Shown here: one piece after another, positions 1 through 11,253 of the stretch
Layout of the letters: each line of letters starts with the position of its first letter
Position numbering within the stretch: position 1 is the first letter of the stretch
Origin: Amphiscolops sp. MND2022
Lineage: Eukaryota
Assembly: GCA_964187785.1 (NCBI GenBank)
Contig: OZ076412.1
Span: forward strand, 14,694,001-14,758,000
Reading direction: 5' to 3'
Length of the DNA: 64,000 nucleotides
The notes under the pieces: generated by a model
What the model was told of the DNA's origin: nothing
The model's input: the letters and a program-made list of their open reading frames with translations, nothing else
The model's database searches: none
Translations under genes and position numbers: made by a program

Positions 1-1551
1 ACTAAATCGACAGTTATAAGATTAAAGTATACAATACTTCACTACTATACGAGTTATAATGTCGTCGAGTCATTTAGATGTCTAATTTACCGAATTAAGA
101 TCCGGGAAATTAATTGATTGTGAAGATTGTGATAATTTTTTGATCCAATTCTTTTTAAAAATATTTTCGCGGGGCACGGAAATGTCAGTTTTCCGCAGAA
201 AAAAGCTTTTGCGTGATTTGTGCATGACGCCTTCACACGATGATGTGAAATACGATTATAAGATATGCGGAATATCCCAACGGTTGCACGTCTTATGGAG
301 GAATTCTTCTGTATACGAGAGACTGCTCGAAAATGCCTTTTTATAGAAGTTAATCAAAATTTTAGTGGATTGAGTTCGTGGGCTAATCTCATTTCCTAAT
401 GCGGCAACGGCGAATTTCAAGGTCATTCTCAACTAAGAGTACAGAGTCTAATCAGGTTTCAGTTTCTGAACATCTAATCCTGTTTACCTCTCATTTCTAC
501 TATATTTGGTTGCTAATCTTTTTTCGAGCGGAAGTTTCCTAAAATTTGAGAGTCATAAGTTCAGCAATATTTTCAGCAAAGTTCAAGTGATAGTTGAGTG
601 AATTGACCAATGTTGTTTCTGAGAAAAAGAGGGAAAATCTGATTTGCTTCTCTGACCATTCAATTTATACTTGTCGTTTGATTGTCAATTAAAATAGAAA
701 ATTTTTGACATAACGTGTTTTTCAATAAATTACAGTAAGTTTGTAATTTTTGAAAACTACTCAGGTTTTGCCTACCTGAATTTTCTGAAAAGTGTATGAT
801 TTAACTTTTTTTAATTTGTCATTTTTCACAAAATTTGTCCTTACTCTGTTTCTATGTCGACGAAAACATAGCGTCGATGTCGAAGAAAACAAGATTTCGC
901 CACCCTTGAAAACATAGCGTCAATGAAACGTCTTGGAATTCAATTTTATAAGGCATTCAACTGAAAATGAGACAAGTTTAATTCGTTATTTCAGTTCATG
1001 TTTTGAACTGGTTTAATTCTGCTTGTATTGAAGCGTATTATACCTTCTGGAATCAGAGTGGGCAGAAAGGAGAGAAAAATGTTTTGAACTATCAAAAATT
1101 AAATCTAAACCTCTTATATACGGATAATTGTGAGTGTTTTCATTGGATCTTGGAATAGCTTTCAGAGATTTTCTTTTAGCTGATTGATAAGACATGCCGC
1201 TACAACGAACTTTGGGTTGTACTGGAAACAAATACTTCTAGACAAGAACGATATTATTTGTACATTTTTCCTCAATCTTGTCTGGTGTAGTATCAGTTGA
1301 ATGCAATGAATTGATTGCGGTAAATGTGCCGTATCGCAATAGACAAATTTTCTTGTACTGTTACACGAAATACCGATTTACAAGATCCGTTCGGGATTGG
1401 AACAAAGGAATAGAAGGAAGTAGAACAAGGGATGAAAAATCTAGTTATGGAGATCTTTTCAATTCCGCCGGCCAGTTCTGTATCAGTAGAAAGGATGTTC
1501 TATTTTCGTATTTTGAGATGCGCTGACAGACTAAACAGACTTTTACCATTG

Positions 1552-2178
1552 AAAGATTGTTGAAATTGTGCTTTCTGAATGAACTCAATTAATTTTTAAT
1601 ATTTCTGCTTTAGCAGGAATATTATTGAAATCTGGAAACGTGTACTTTTTCTTCAGAACAATTTTTTTTGGACGATCTGAATAATTCAGATATTTTGTTC
1701 GGCAGTGAGTGTAAGCGAGAGAGCTACCGAAGACAATTCAATTCTAGTGCGATGGAACGAGCGAGTGGTAATTATCCATTCGTATGCTGACGTCATTGAG
1801 ATGAAGCGAGCGAATGTTCGTAATTGTGCTTTCGTTGCCCCGAGTTATTGAGATGAAGCGAATGAGTGTTAATTATTCGTTCGTTGAGAGCTTCGCCTGC
1901 ATTCAAATGCGAATGCGAAACTTCGTCTACGCTTAGTAGTTATATTTTCTTTGGTCCGAGAAGAATTAAAGGCGGTGTAAACTTGCACAGTGATTACATG
2001 TAATTGTGCGCTAAATAATGATTAAACAGGAGTGTATTGGTATTCCAGATATGATTCTTTTATTAATGATTTTTTTGTTTCAAAAAAAATAAAGATTAAA
2101 GCAGAAATAGTACTGAGCCCCGGAGGGGCCTATTTTCGAAAAAGATTGTTGAAATTGTGCTTTCTGAATGAACTCAAT
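1552..2178 (+). repeat. 38-bp perfect direct repeat AAAGATTGTTGAAATTGTGCTTTCTGAATGAACTCAAT at 1552-1589 and 2141-2178
   Basis: The identical string was read at both positions, bracketing the R1 copy. Confidence 0.9.
1590..2140 (+). repeat. Interspersed repeat family R1, copy 1 (unclassified; internal TTGAGATGAAGCG repeated twice)
   Basis: Aligns by eye with the reverse complement of ~6568-7058 and with ~60140-60485. It is flanked by a 38-bp direct repeat. Confidence 0.85.
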
Positions 2179-2326
2179 CAATTTTCGAAAACTTTGAAAA
2201 ACCGATTTTTTACAGTTGGTACACGGTACCGTACACGAGATATTTTTGTACACGATATTGATGCACCAAGGGAAAGTACACCAAAAACAACATACACGTC
2301 AATTCACTGGTGGAATGTGTTTGCAG

Positions 2327-2549
2327 CGTTCTACGAGATGCGTCTAATGCAAGGGGACGAGTTGCGGATGGCGTACAGAGGGGAGCTACACAAACACTGG
2401 AAAGGGGAGGGTCACGTGATCAAGGTGCCCAACAACAGTGGCGAGGAGATAGGGGTGGAATTGAGGAGACAGCACGGAGAGATCCCGCCTCCCCACATCA
2501 CCCACAACTACTCGGTCGAGTTTGTGTGGAAGTCCACCTCTTTCGACAG
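2327..2549 (+). CDS. UPF1: UPF1 exon (1B domain: [11 protein letters not shown]...VWKSTSFD)
   Basis: Acceptor tttgcag ends at 2326. The translation matches the UPF1 1B region. The exon ends AG|gctagt (GC donor). Confidence 0.93.
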
Positions 2550-3771
2550 GCTAGTAGTCACGCATCCCCACCCCCCCTTTTTATTACCCTTTTCAGTAGC
2601 CGTTAACCAATTAATCAGTTTTTTGAGGCTTCGGGGATGTGCCTAATTTTCAAACATGTGAGGCAAATTTCTCGACACCGAGAATAGATATGGATACCAT
2701 GTTTTCACTGAAAGTGAAAAGGACAAAAAAGGATGAAACAAGATTGTCTGATTTTCCCATTTGCAGCTCATAGTTCTCAAAACTCAAAGTATATATGAAA
2801 ACTATTGTTCCTCACAAAGGATGTAGGCTAGCTTCTGTACCAACAAAGTCATGAAGTCATGTCAACAATTTGGTCATGAAGTATGACGCTTTCGTGTTTC
2901 TGCAAGAAATACTTTTTCCATTTTTTCATAATTCCTGATCTGAGACTAGATACGTTCAAATGATTTTGGGCCCTAGAATATACAAAAATTGTAGCACCTT
3001 CTGCAGACCATTGAACGTTTCTAGTCGAAGCCAAGTGCGACGTGCTGTTGGCGTCTATTTTTTATTATTGCGTCTATTTTTTTATTCTATTCATATGAGA
3101 GCAGAAAATCAATCTGCAGTGTTTCTGAAATTAGTTTAGGAGATACCTTAAATTTATCCCCAAAAAAGATATTTCCAAAGCATAATCGTTTATGGAAAAA
3201 ACTTGATGGAAATGAAAACTTCTGATCAATTTTCTGTTCTCGTTGAAAGTTGGGGAAAAAATCGCTGTTGAATGTGAAGTAACAACCTCTGCGGGAACGT
3301 CTCTAGATTTCTGAGATATGTCTAAACGGGCGAAATCAATTGAATGAAAACAACTTCAGCTGAAGCGACACAAAGAAAAAAACTCACGAGTCTCCAAATT
3401 TTTTTCAATTCTTTCAAAGCATTAGGCCAAACAACGTTTCCGTTCGTAGCCTGAAATTTAGCCTGTGAATTTCTGAAAAATCAGTGACGCAGCATGAAAA
3501 TTTCGAGCATGAAATGTTCACTAAGCAGCTCCCAAAAACCTACTAAATTAGCAGCCTTGTAGCCTATAAAAGCATATAAACGTTTCGAGCTTTTTTAACT
3601 AGGGTTACATTTGGGCACTTTGGTACATAAAGCACCGACTGAAAACAGTTTTCTTCATCTCCAAAAGTTGTGTTAAATTATTGAAAGCACTTGGGGTTTT
3701 TTTGAAGCACTTGGGGATATTGAGAGGGGCTCATCGTAGACCTAAATGAAGCATGCATTTTTTATGTGTAG

Positions 3772-3991
3772 GATGCAAGCAGCCATGAAGACATTTGCGG
3801 TGGACATGACATGTGTGTCGGAGTACATCTTCCACCGTCTGTTGGGACACGAGAGTGGTTCCCAAGACAACGAGAAGACGTTCAAGACACAGCTGCCCAA
3901 ACGCTTCTCCGCCCCGGGACTGCCCGACTTGAACCACAGCCAAGTGTACGCCGTCAAACAAGTGCTTCTCAGGCCTCTCAGTCTTATTCAG
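3772..3991 (+). CDS. UPF1: UPF1 exon ([11 protein letters not shown]...[21 protein letters not shown])
   Basis: Acceptor tgtgtag and donor gtcaca; contains the conserved [17 protein letters not shown]. Confidence 0.95.
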
Positions 3992-4987
3992 GTCACACTT
4001 CTCAATGTTCATTTTCATCAAAGTTCAATTCTTGTCCCTCTTATATATACCCTCAAGGGATCATGCGAATCAAAACCTCAAGGTGAAATTATAAATGGAA
4101 ATGTTGCATTTGCCCATGCTGAAGGCTTGTTAGTAAAGTTTCTCAGGTGTCAATACGCTGCAGGCTCCAGAGTAAGAATGCTTACGATGTAAGTAATTAT
4201 CCTATTGCAATGAATTTTTGAAACATGGGCAAGTAGAAAACCTTAGTGAAGGGAGGAAAATTCAGAAATTAATGTTAAGTGGAGGAAATTTTAGAAATTA
4301 ATGTACCATGTCACAATGTGAGATATGGATTATCATATTGTAGAAATATAGCGAAAAAATGCACATAAAAGAATGCCTTGCGGTGTAGTTATGACAGCCT
4401 CTCCTCTTCCACTATTGCACCTATCACAGATTCGATGACTTCCGACTGTCGTTTGAGTGAATGGCATCCGCGGAGGCACAAGATCGAGCTTTTTAAGACA
4501 ACAAAACTTTAACAAGTAGAGGAAAATTTGTAAAAATAGGTTGTGATATAATAATTTTATCGATCGTCAGAAATAGTTTGGCTACGTTGGTTGCACCCGA
4601 AGGTTTATCAAAGGTAAGACAACCCTCCTTCGTGGACTTCGGTGTTTAGAGAGGACTTTACCATAGTTGGTTGTCGGCGGGTCAGTTCTTAGCAGTGGAC
4701 TGTACTTCGGAGAAGAGCAACGCTTGTTTTAGTTCTTATCTAGCAATAGTAATAGTTTGTTTATCGACGATATAAAAATCAACTGAAAGATATAAGTCAG
4801 ATATTTTCCAAAAAAAAACAAAGCTTTTCATCTCGACGTTCAAATTTTCGCGCTGAGAATTAAATTTTTCCCGTTTAGAATCTAATATAATGGAGTTACT
4901 TGATATGAATGGGTTACATGCAAAATCATAGCAAATTAAGAATGGACAATAGTGACTTCGGAGTTATTCGAATCTTGGATGTTAGTA

Positions 4988-5163
4988 CTGTGGATCCCGG
5001 ATATAATCAACGTCACGGGAATGACTAGTGTGGTCTTTCATATACTCGAACTTTCTTGAAAGCGGCTTTTCCAAAGAAATTAAATTGGCATTCGGGGCCA
5101 AGATACGCATTGACTATAAGCGGTAATTTCTTATAAGATAAGACTGTAAGACGGGATCCACTG
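4988..5163. mobile_element. MITE with TA target duplication (Tc1/mariner-type termini)
   Basis: ta|CTGTGGATCCCG ... CGGGATCCACTG|ta: 12-bp inverted ends with one mismatch, TA on both sides, non-coding. Confidence 0.6.
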
Positions 5164-5295
5164 TAGTATTTAGTATGTCACGTTTTAACGATTGCTGCTT
5201 CGACTGAAGGCTGTAGTTATTAGACCGTTCGCTTTTCGCCTTGTGTTCACCGGATAAAAATCGAACGGTTATTGTATCTGAGGGACTTTCAGAAC

Positions 5296-5367
5296 CTTTT
5301 CGCTTTTTGTGTTTAAATGCAAAGTTGGACTAGTCCAACTTTGCATTTAAACACAAAAAGCGAAAAG
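5296..5367. repeat. Perfect 72-bp palindrome, no spacer, centred on ACTAGT
   Basis: All 36 base pairs were checked one by one: CTTTTCGCTTTTTGTGTTTAAATGCAAAGTTGGACT|AGTCCAACTTTGCATTTAAACACAAAAAGCGAAAAG. Confidence 0.95.
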
Positions 5368-5986
5368 AGAAATTAGCGAAAAGGTGCCACGCCAAACAGC
5401 TGTCGAACCAACTTGAAACAGCTGTCGAACCAACCAATCTCAAAAATTTAACAACCCTGATTTTCTCTTTGGAAAGATTTCCAACGATGCATTTTTATGT
5501 GGTTTCGAACAATTCGACACACATTTTACGAAACTATAGCATCTTTGATAGTGACTAATACGATAGTTATTACCGGCAGATATCTTTAAAAACGGTCGAA
5601 ATGTTAGCGGCTCTAACGCACAATATCTTAGGACGAAATTTTTACTGAATAGAATAGTCGGTGCATTAGAATTGTCGCAGAATTTTCATAAATGACCTTT
5701 GTATGTATATTTAACTTCAGGACCAAGTCAAATAATAATTCACTCTTGGGCAAAAATTAATTTTCACTCGGTTGTTGTAAGATTTTTTGCAAGATTCAAT
5801 TTTTTTGTGCAGTCCTGTATATGGTTTGACTTCATTTTGAGAGAAAAAGAACAATATACAGCTATAGTCAAGAAAAAGCATGTTTGCCAAGACGTACAGT
5901 ACTGATTCTAGACAGCAAAACAAAAGGCGAATCTTGAAATCGAATGTCGCTTAAATTATTTGACTTTGGGTTGCATGTTTTTGCAG

Positions 5987-6127
5987 GGTCCTCCAGGTAC
6001 GGGCAAGACTGTGACGTCGGCCAGCATAGTGTTCCATCTGTCCAAACATGGCCAAGTGCTGGTATGTGCTCCCAGCAACATCGCCGTGGATCAGCTGTGC
6101 CAGAAAATCCACATGACTGGACTCAAG
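5987..6127 (+). CDS. UPF1: UPF1 exon with Walker A (GPPGTGKT) and motif Ia (CAPSNIAVD)
   Basis: Acceptor tttgcag and donor gtcggt; 47 codons in frame. Confidence 0.97.
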
Positions 6128-6435
6128 GTCGGTGGTCGCCAACCACTCGAATACTAAATAGAATAATTATAATCAAGATTAAATTGAGTGGAAATCAGCA
6201 TGCAGAAAACTGATTAATTTTTATATATAAAATCGTTAGATCAGAAGTTTTTTTGAGGTTTTTCAACTCCGAATTGATTTCAGTCTTCGAATGAACCAAA
6301 GTGAGTTCAGTGAGTGAATGAACTAAAAGTGAGCCAAGGCTGGATATGATCATATATCATGCATAAACTAATGCGGGACCCATTCAAGTTCAGTTTTTTT
6401 CTCGAAAAAGTCGCACAAATTTCCGCGAATTTTTT

Positions 6436-7058
6436 ACCACGTCTTGGAAAATTACGTTTTTGAAAATCAATAACCTTTTGCAGTGGTAAAATTTATTCAG
6501 CTCTAAAATCAGCCCCTTTGATCTTCACAGTATTCCTGCAGCTGTTAAAAAATTGAAACGTAGGACTGCCAATATTTTTGAAAATAGGCCTTTTACATGT
6601 AATAATACATGTAGAAGCTTATCTGGAATAACTAAACACTTCTGTTTAATCATTGTATAGCGCACAATTAATCCCTGTACCAGTTTACACCGCCTTTAAT
6701 TCTTCTCGGACTAAAGAAAATATAACTACTAAGCGTAGACGAAATTTCGCATTCGTATTTGAATGCAGGCGAAGCTCTCGGCGAACGAATAATTAACACT
6801 CATTCGCTTCATCTCAATAACTCGGCGTACGAAAGCATAATTACGAACATTCTCTCGCTTCATCTCAATGATTTCGGCGTACGAATGCATAATTACCACT
6901 CGCTCGTTCCATCGAACGAGAAACGAATTCTTGTCGGCAGCTTGGAAAATTCAAATCTCACGCTTATACTCACTGCCGAACAAAATTTCTGAATTTTTCA
7001 GTAGATACTCGAATTCACAAGTCGGCTGAAAAGAAAAGTTGCATTTTTCAGATTTCTA
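6436..7058 (-). repeat. Interspersed repeat family R1, copy 2 (inverted, longer)
   Basis: The reverse complement of 6568-7058 matches 1600-2140. The 6436-6590 part also matches 57977-58078. Confidence 0.8.
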
Positions 7059-7072
7059 TATCGCACAAATAA

Positions 7073-7477
7073 CAAGATGGGAACGTCTAAAGTCGGCGCT
7101 ATACCTAAGGTTCAAAAAGCGCAAAGTTTTGAAAATATGCTCAGGACGTTAATGAAAAACTCACAAAAAACTTCGAAACACCAAAAGGGCGCATTTCGTG
7201 CTCGGAAAACGCTTCTGAGTTTCGAATATAGTGTGCTGAGACAAATGCGAGCATTTTTCCGATCCTACGCCCCGCCTTAGAAAACGCAATATAGTTCGGA
7301 TATAACGTCAAAACTTCGGATAGCGCAATTGTTTCCCCCCTTCGGATAGCGAATATCCCGTGCTGGCTAGACCAAATGGTATTTAGCGTATGAATAATAT
7401 TCGCTCCATCTGTTTTCCGTAAAAGTGGACCAACCATAGCTACATGAGAACTAGCCACTGTAAGAACCGACTAAAAA
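7073..7477 (-). mobile_element. HINE-like non-autonomous Helentron copy (degenerate)
   Basis: Has the AAGTCGGCGC subterminal repeat at the left end and CCGACTAAAA at the right end, as in the other copies. Confidence 0.6.
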
Positions 7478-7849
7478 GACCGCCCATAGAAAACTATTGA
7501 AGGTTTGCTTCAAATATTAAAATACGGCTAGGTTGTTTGTTTAATTCCCGAGTGAACAATTCATAGATATTTCACAAATCATTTTGTGTATTATTCGATT
7601 ATTATATCCATTAAAATTCTAAAACGACACCACATCGCAAATTTGCTTTTTACAGTCTGTGAAAGCTTTTTGCCAGGTTGAAAAAAATCGTTCCCCCTAC
7701 CATTAGATGTAAATTACCAATTTTGACCCACCAAATGAATGCAATATTTCAAGAAGACATTAGCTATAGAAACTTCTTGTTAGGTTTTCTTAGAGCTAAG
7801 ACACGCAAGTATTTTTCTTTTTGGTTTTATTCCGGATGATTCAGTAATT

Positions 7850-8208
7850 CCAAAGCACCCTTTGTGATTTTTTGAACATCCATTCTGTTGCAAAATATAA
7901 ATTGAAGGGGGACCCTTTGGAGACATTAAAAAGTTAGCGGAAAAAAGTCTCACAAAGCCGAAATAACATGCACAAAAAATGTTTGGTCAAGGGCGAGCCT
8001 CGAACCCACGTCCTTCTGCTTGGCAGACCTCAAAAATCCTAATTAACCTCTATGCCAAGTGGCAGTAGAAGTTACATTAGTGTGGCAGCTAGTGGAAACA
8101 ACAGCTTTAGCTTATAAAGCTTATAAAATCTGTCACTTCGTTGGTCTTAAAGAGAAAGAAAAGTCACTGCTATAGTCTGCGTTTTCTACGAAAAGCGCCT
8201 ACTAAAAA
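7850..8208 (-). mobile_element. HINE-like copy, partial, with an internal tRNA-like A/B-box module
   Basis: Shares the GAAGGGGGACCCTTTGG core and the AAAAGTCACT...GCGCCTACTAAAAAG terminus with the family; homologous to 15110-15390. Confidence 0.6.
7985..8065 (-). other. tRNA-derived (SINE-head-like) Pol III promoter relic
   Basis: Minus strand has A-box-like TGGCATAGAGG (8057-8047) and B-box-like GGTTCGAGGC (8006-7997), 51 nt apart. A homologous, more decayed copy lies at ~13805-13885. Confidence 0.45.
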
Positions 8209-9530
8209 GAACATGATAATCTGGTTTGATTGTGATAATTACAGGTTTGATTGTACAACTTACTTGAAGCAGAAAGTTTTCGCGTGTAAAAAGGGAAGTT
8301 GAAATTGTTTTGAATCTTCATTTGTTCAAGTTTCTTGAATTATCTGATTCATTAATAGGCTTTTTAGAACACTGAAATTTTTAACGAATAATCAATTAAA
8401 TCCGTTTTTGGTCCAAAGTTTTGTTTAACCGATAAGGATAAAAATGTTCGAGTCGGTTTTTGTTTTAAAAAAAAAGCGGTAAATTTTGATTTTAGTGGAC
8501 AATACTGCCACCAACAGTGAATTTATTTTTCCTATAAAAACGCGTGTCACTTGTTGCGCTTGTGACTGACCCCCTAACCGTTAAGCGGCGCTCTTTGGAA
8601 TAATCTTGTTTTGACAAATTCAAGTTTTTAACACCTGCAATAAGGATTTGATACTTCAAAGGGGCTTGATACTTTTCAGCCTTGTAATATGGTCCTAGAT
8701 ACATTTTAAACTTGCTTCATGACGATATGAAATCACTGACCAAGTAGAATGAAAAATGGACCGACCACGTCTTGGAAAATTACGTTTTTGAAAATCAATA
8801 ACCTTTTGCAGTGGTAAAATTTATTCAGCTCTAAAATCAGCCCCTTTGATCTTCACAGTATTCCTGCAGCTGTTAAAAAATTGAAACGTAGGACTGCCAA
8901 TATTTTTGAAAATAGGCCTTTTACATGTAATAATACATGTAGAAGCTTAGTCTACGAAAAGCGCCTACTAAAAAGAACATGATAATCTGGTTTGATTGTG
9001 ATAATTACAGGTTTGATTGTACAACTTACTTGAAGCAGAAAGTTTTCGCGTGTAAAAAGGGAAGTTGAAATTGTTTTGAATCTTCATTTGTTCAAGTTTC
9101 TTGAATTATCTGATTCATTAATAGGCTTTTTAGAACACTGAAATTTTTAACGAATAATCAATTAAATCCGTTTTTGGTCCAAAGTTTTGTTTAACCGATA
9201 AGGATAAAAATGTTCGAGTCGGTTTTTGTTTTAAAAAAAAAGCGGTAAATTTTGATTTTAGTGGACAATACTGCCACCAACAGTGAATTTATTTTTCCTA
9301 TAAAAACGCGTGTCACTTGTTGCGCTTGTGACTGACCCCCTAACCGTTAAGCGGCGCTCTTTGGAATAATCTTGTTTTGACAAATTCAAGTTTTTAACAC
9401 CTGCAATAAGGATTTGATACTTCAAAGGGGCTTGATACTTTTCAGCCTTGTAATATGGTCCTAGATACATTTTAAACTTGCTTCATGACGATATGAAATC
9501 ACTGACCAAGTAGAATGAAAAATGGACCGA
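8185..9530 (+). repeat. 580-bp direct duplication (8185-8764 = 8951-9530) with a 186-bp filler (8764-8949) copied from 6436-6621
   Basis: ORFs 8492..8704 and 9258..9470 translate identically at an offset of 766. The filler reads identically to 6436-6621. Confidence 0.92.
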
Positions 9531-9752
9531 AAAGTTGCCACTAAAGTGACATTTCGTTACCGAAAACGCAGACCTAAAACTTCCGACCAATCAGATCAGC
9601 GCAAATTTCAGTCGTTACTTTCGTATCGTACGAATGAGTATCGTATCGCTTAATCGGATATTACGCCGCTTCCGCTCACAAGCGACCTAATTCACTGGCT
9701 ACCAATAACAAAATTGGTTGTTTTTGGCAACACGGGTTTTCGTTTTCTGCAG

Positions 9753-9956
9753 GTGGTTCGGCTGTGTGCGAAGTCGAGAGAGGCGATAGATTCGCCGGTG
9801 GCGTGTCTGGCGCTGCACAACCAGGTGAAGAAGCTGCCGTCCAGTTCCGAGCTGAAGAAGTTGATCCAGTTGAAGGAGGAGACGGGAGAGTTGTCGGAAC
9901 AGGACGAGAAGCAGTACAGGTACTTGAAACGAGCAGCCGAAAGTGAACTTCTCAAA
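9753..9956 (+). CDS. UPF1: UPF1 exon ([16 protein letters not shown]...AAESELLK)
   Basis: Acceptor ttctgcag and donor gtaaat; 68 codons matching the UPF1 1C region. Confidence 0.96.
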
Positions 9957-10130
9957 GTAAATATTTTTTACATTCATTGTTCGGCGGTAGGTCCTATAGC
10001 CCAACGGTGATAATGTACAATAAAATTATAACAGAACCGAATCGAATTCTCAATGTGATAGGTTCATTCGTTCGACAATGAGCTTCGAATGATGAAACTT
10101 AATTTGTAACTTTGCGACCGATCAGAGTAA

Positions 10131-10780
10131 CAAACCGGGACCGGCCCAAGTCGACACCGCGCTCAAGTTCCAAAGAAAACAAGTCCTGAAATATGCGAAG
10201 GGCACTATTTTTCAATTTTCATCAATTTCTCAGTGCCGAAAATACCCCAAGGGATACGCATAAGACACGGAATCCACTTTTTTCCAACTGGAAACACAAA
10301 AAATCTATTTTTGATTTTTTTTCTTTTTTTTCGGAAGTCTCATAGTGCCGAAAAAAGAGCTTTCAGCTCGCAAAACTACTTATCTCAAGCGAGGGTAGCC
10401 TTTGACCAAATGAAAGTCAGGAAAAATCGCACTGCCGAAGAAGCTAGAAGAGGTGTTTTCCACTATCATTGAAAGAACTCATCAGTTCCACACGATCGAA
10501 AAGTACCAAAGAGGTCACCTTCAAGACTCTGGAAACATGTTTCCTTTACAGAAAACCTTTAAAAAAACAAAAAAAATGTGAAAAATTTTCGAAACATTTA
10601 TTCACTTCGAAAGACGCATAGCGCCGAAAATAGTAAAAGTGGCCATCTATGCTCGCATAACGCTTTGTTTCTGCTGAAAATCGAGGGAGGGAGTTTAGGT
10701 TTGAGAAAAAATGAAAAAAGTCACATAGTGCCGAGAAAAATTGGTTTATAGTGCGAGACTCGAACACACGCACTGAGGCC
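10131..10780 (-). mobile_element. HINE-like copy (divergent)
   Basis: Terminus CAAACCGGGACCGGCCCAAGTCGAC is a variant of the hairpin plus subTIR. Internal CATAGTGCCGAAAAA repeats and CACTTTTTCCAACTGGAAAC are shared with 13.5-14.6 kb. The right boundary is approximate. Confidence 0.55.
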
Positions 10781-10895
10781 TATTATGAAGCCTGCTCCGA
10801 CCGTGCTATCAATGTCTAACGTCGAGTTGAAGCCGACTTGATACCGATTTGTTTTGGAGCAAACAAGTCATTGCATGTTTTTACATTTTTCGTAG

Positions 10896-11253
10896 AACGC
10901 GGATGTAATTTGCTGCACGAATGTGTGTGCGGGTGACCCGAGACTGGCCAGATTCAAGTTCCGCTCCATTCTCATCGACGAGTCGACCCAGGCCACTGAG
11001 CCAGAGTGTCTAGTGCCAGTTGTGCTGGGAGCCAAGCAGCTCATCTTAGTGGGAGACCATTGCCAGCTGGGTCCGGTTGTGATGTGCAAGAAAGCTGCCA
11101 GCTGTGGACTGAGTCACTCCATGTTCGAACGACTGGTGGTGCTTGGCATTCGACCAATCAGATTGCAGGTTCAATACAGAATGCACCCAGCTCTCAGTCT
11201 GTTCCCCTCAAACATATTCTACGAAGGCTCCCTGCAGAATGGTGTCAATGCAA
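10896..11253 (+). CDS. UPF1: UPF1 exon with Walker B (LIDESTQ) and motifs III/IV (GDHCQL, QYRMHP)
   Basis: Acceptor tttcgtag and donor gtaaga; translation NADVICCT...[10 protein letters not shown]. Confidence 0.97.

Noticed and set aside
1-1550. Additional upstream UPF1 exon or gene in the first 1.5 kb
   Set aside because: Only short AT-rich ORFs with no CH-domain or other recognisable motifs; treated as intron.
2420-2520. Long regulatory-loop (UPF1LL-like) insertion after IKVP
   Set aside because: The sequence reads [16 protein letters not shown] with no 11-aa insertion, and only a 2-3 residue difference further along.
2032-2646. ORFs 2032..2646, 3746..4192, 10923..11381, 12650..13072, 53897..54418 and 58180..58413 as standalone genes
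   Set aside because: Each is a UPF1 exon with read-through into flanking intron sequence; UPF1 similarity stops at the splice sites.
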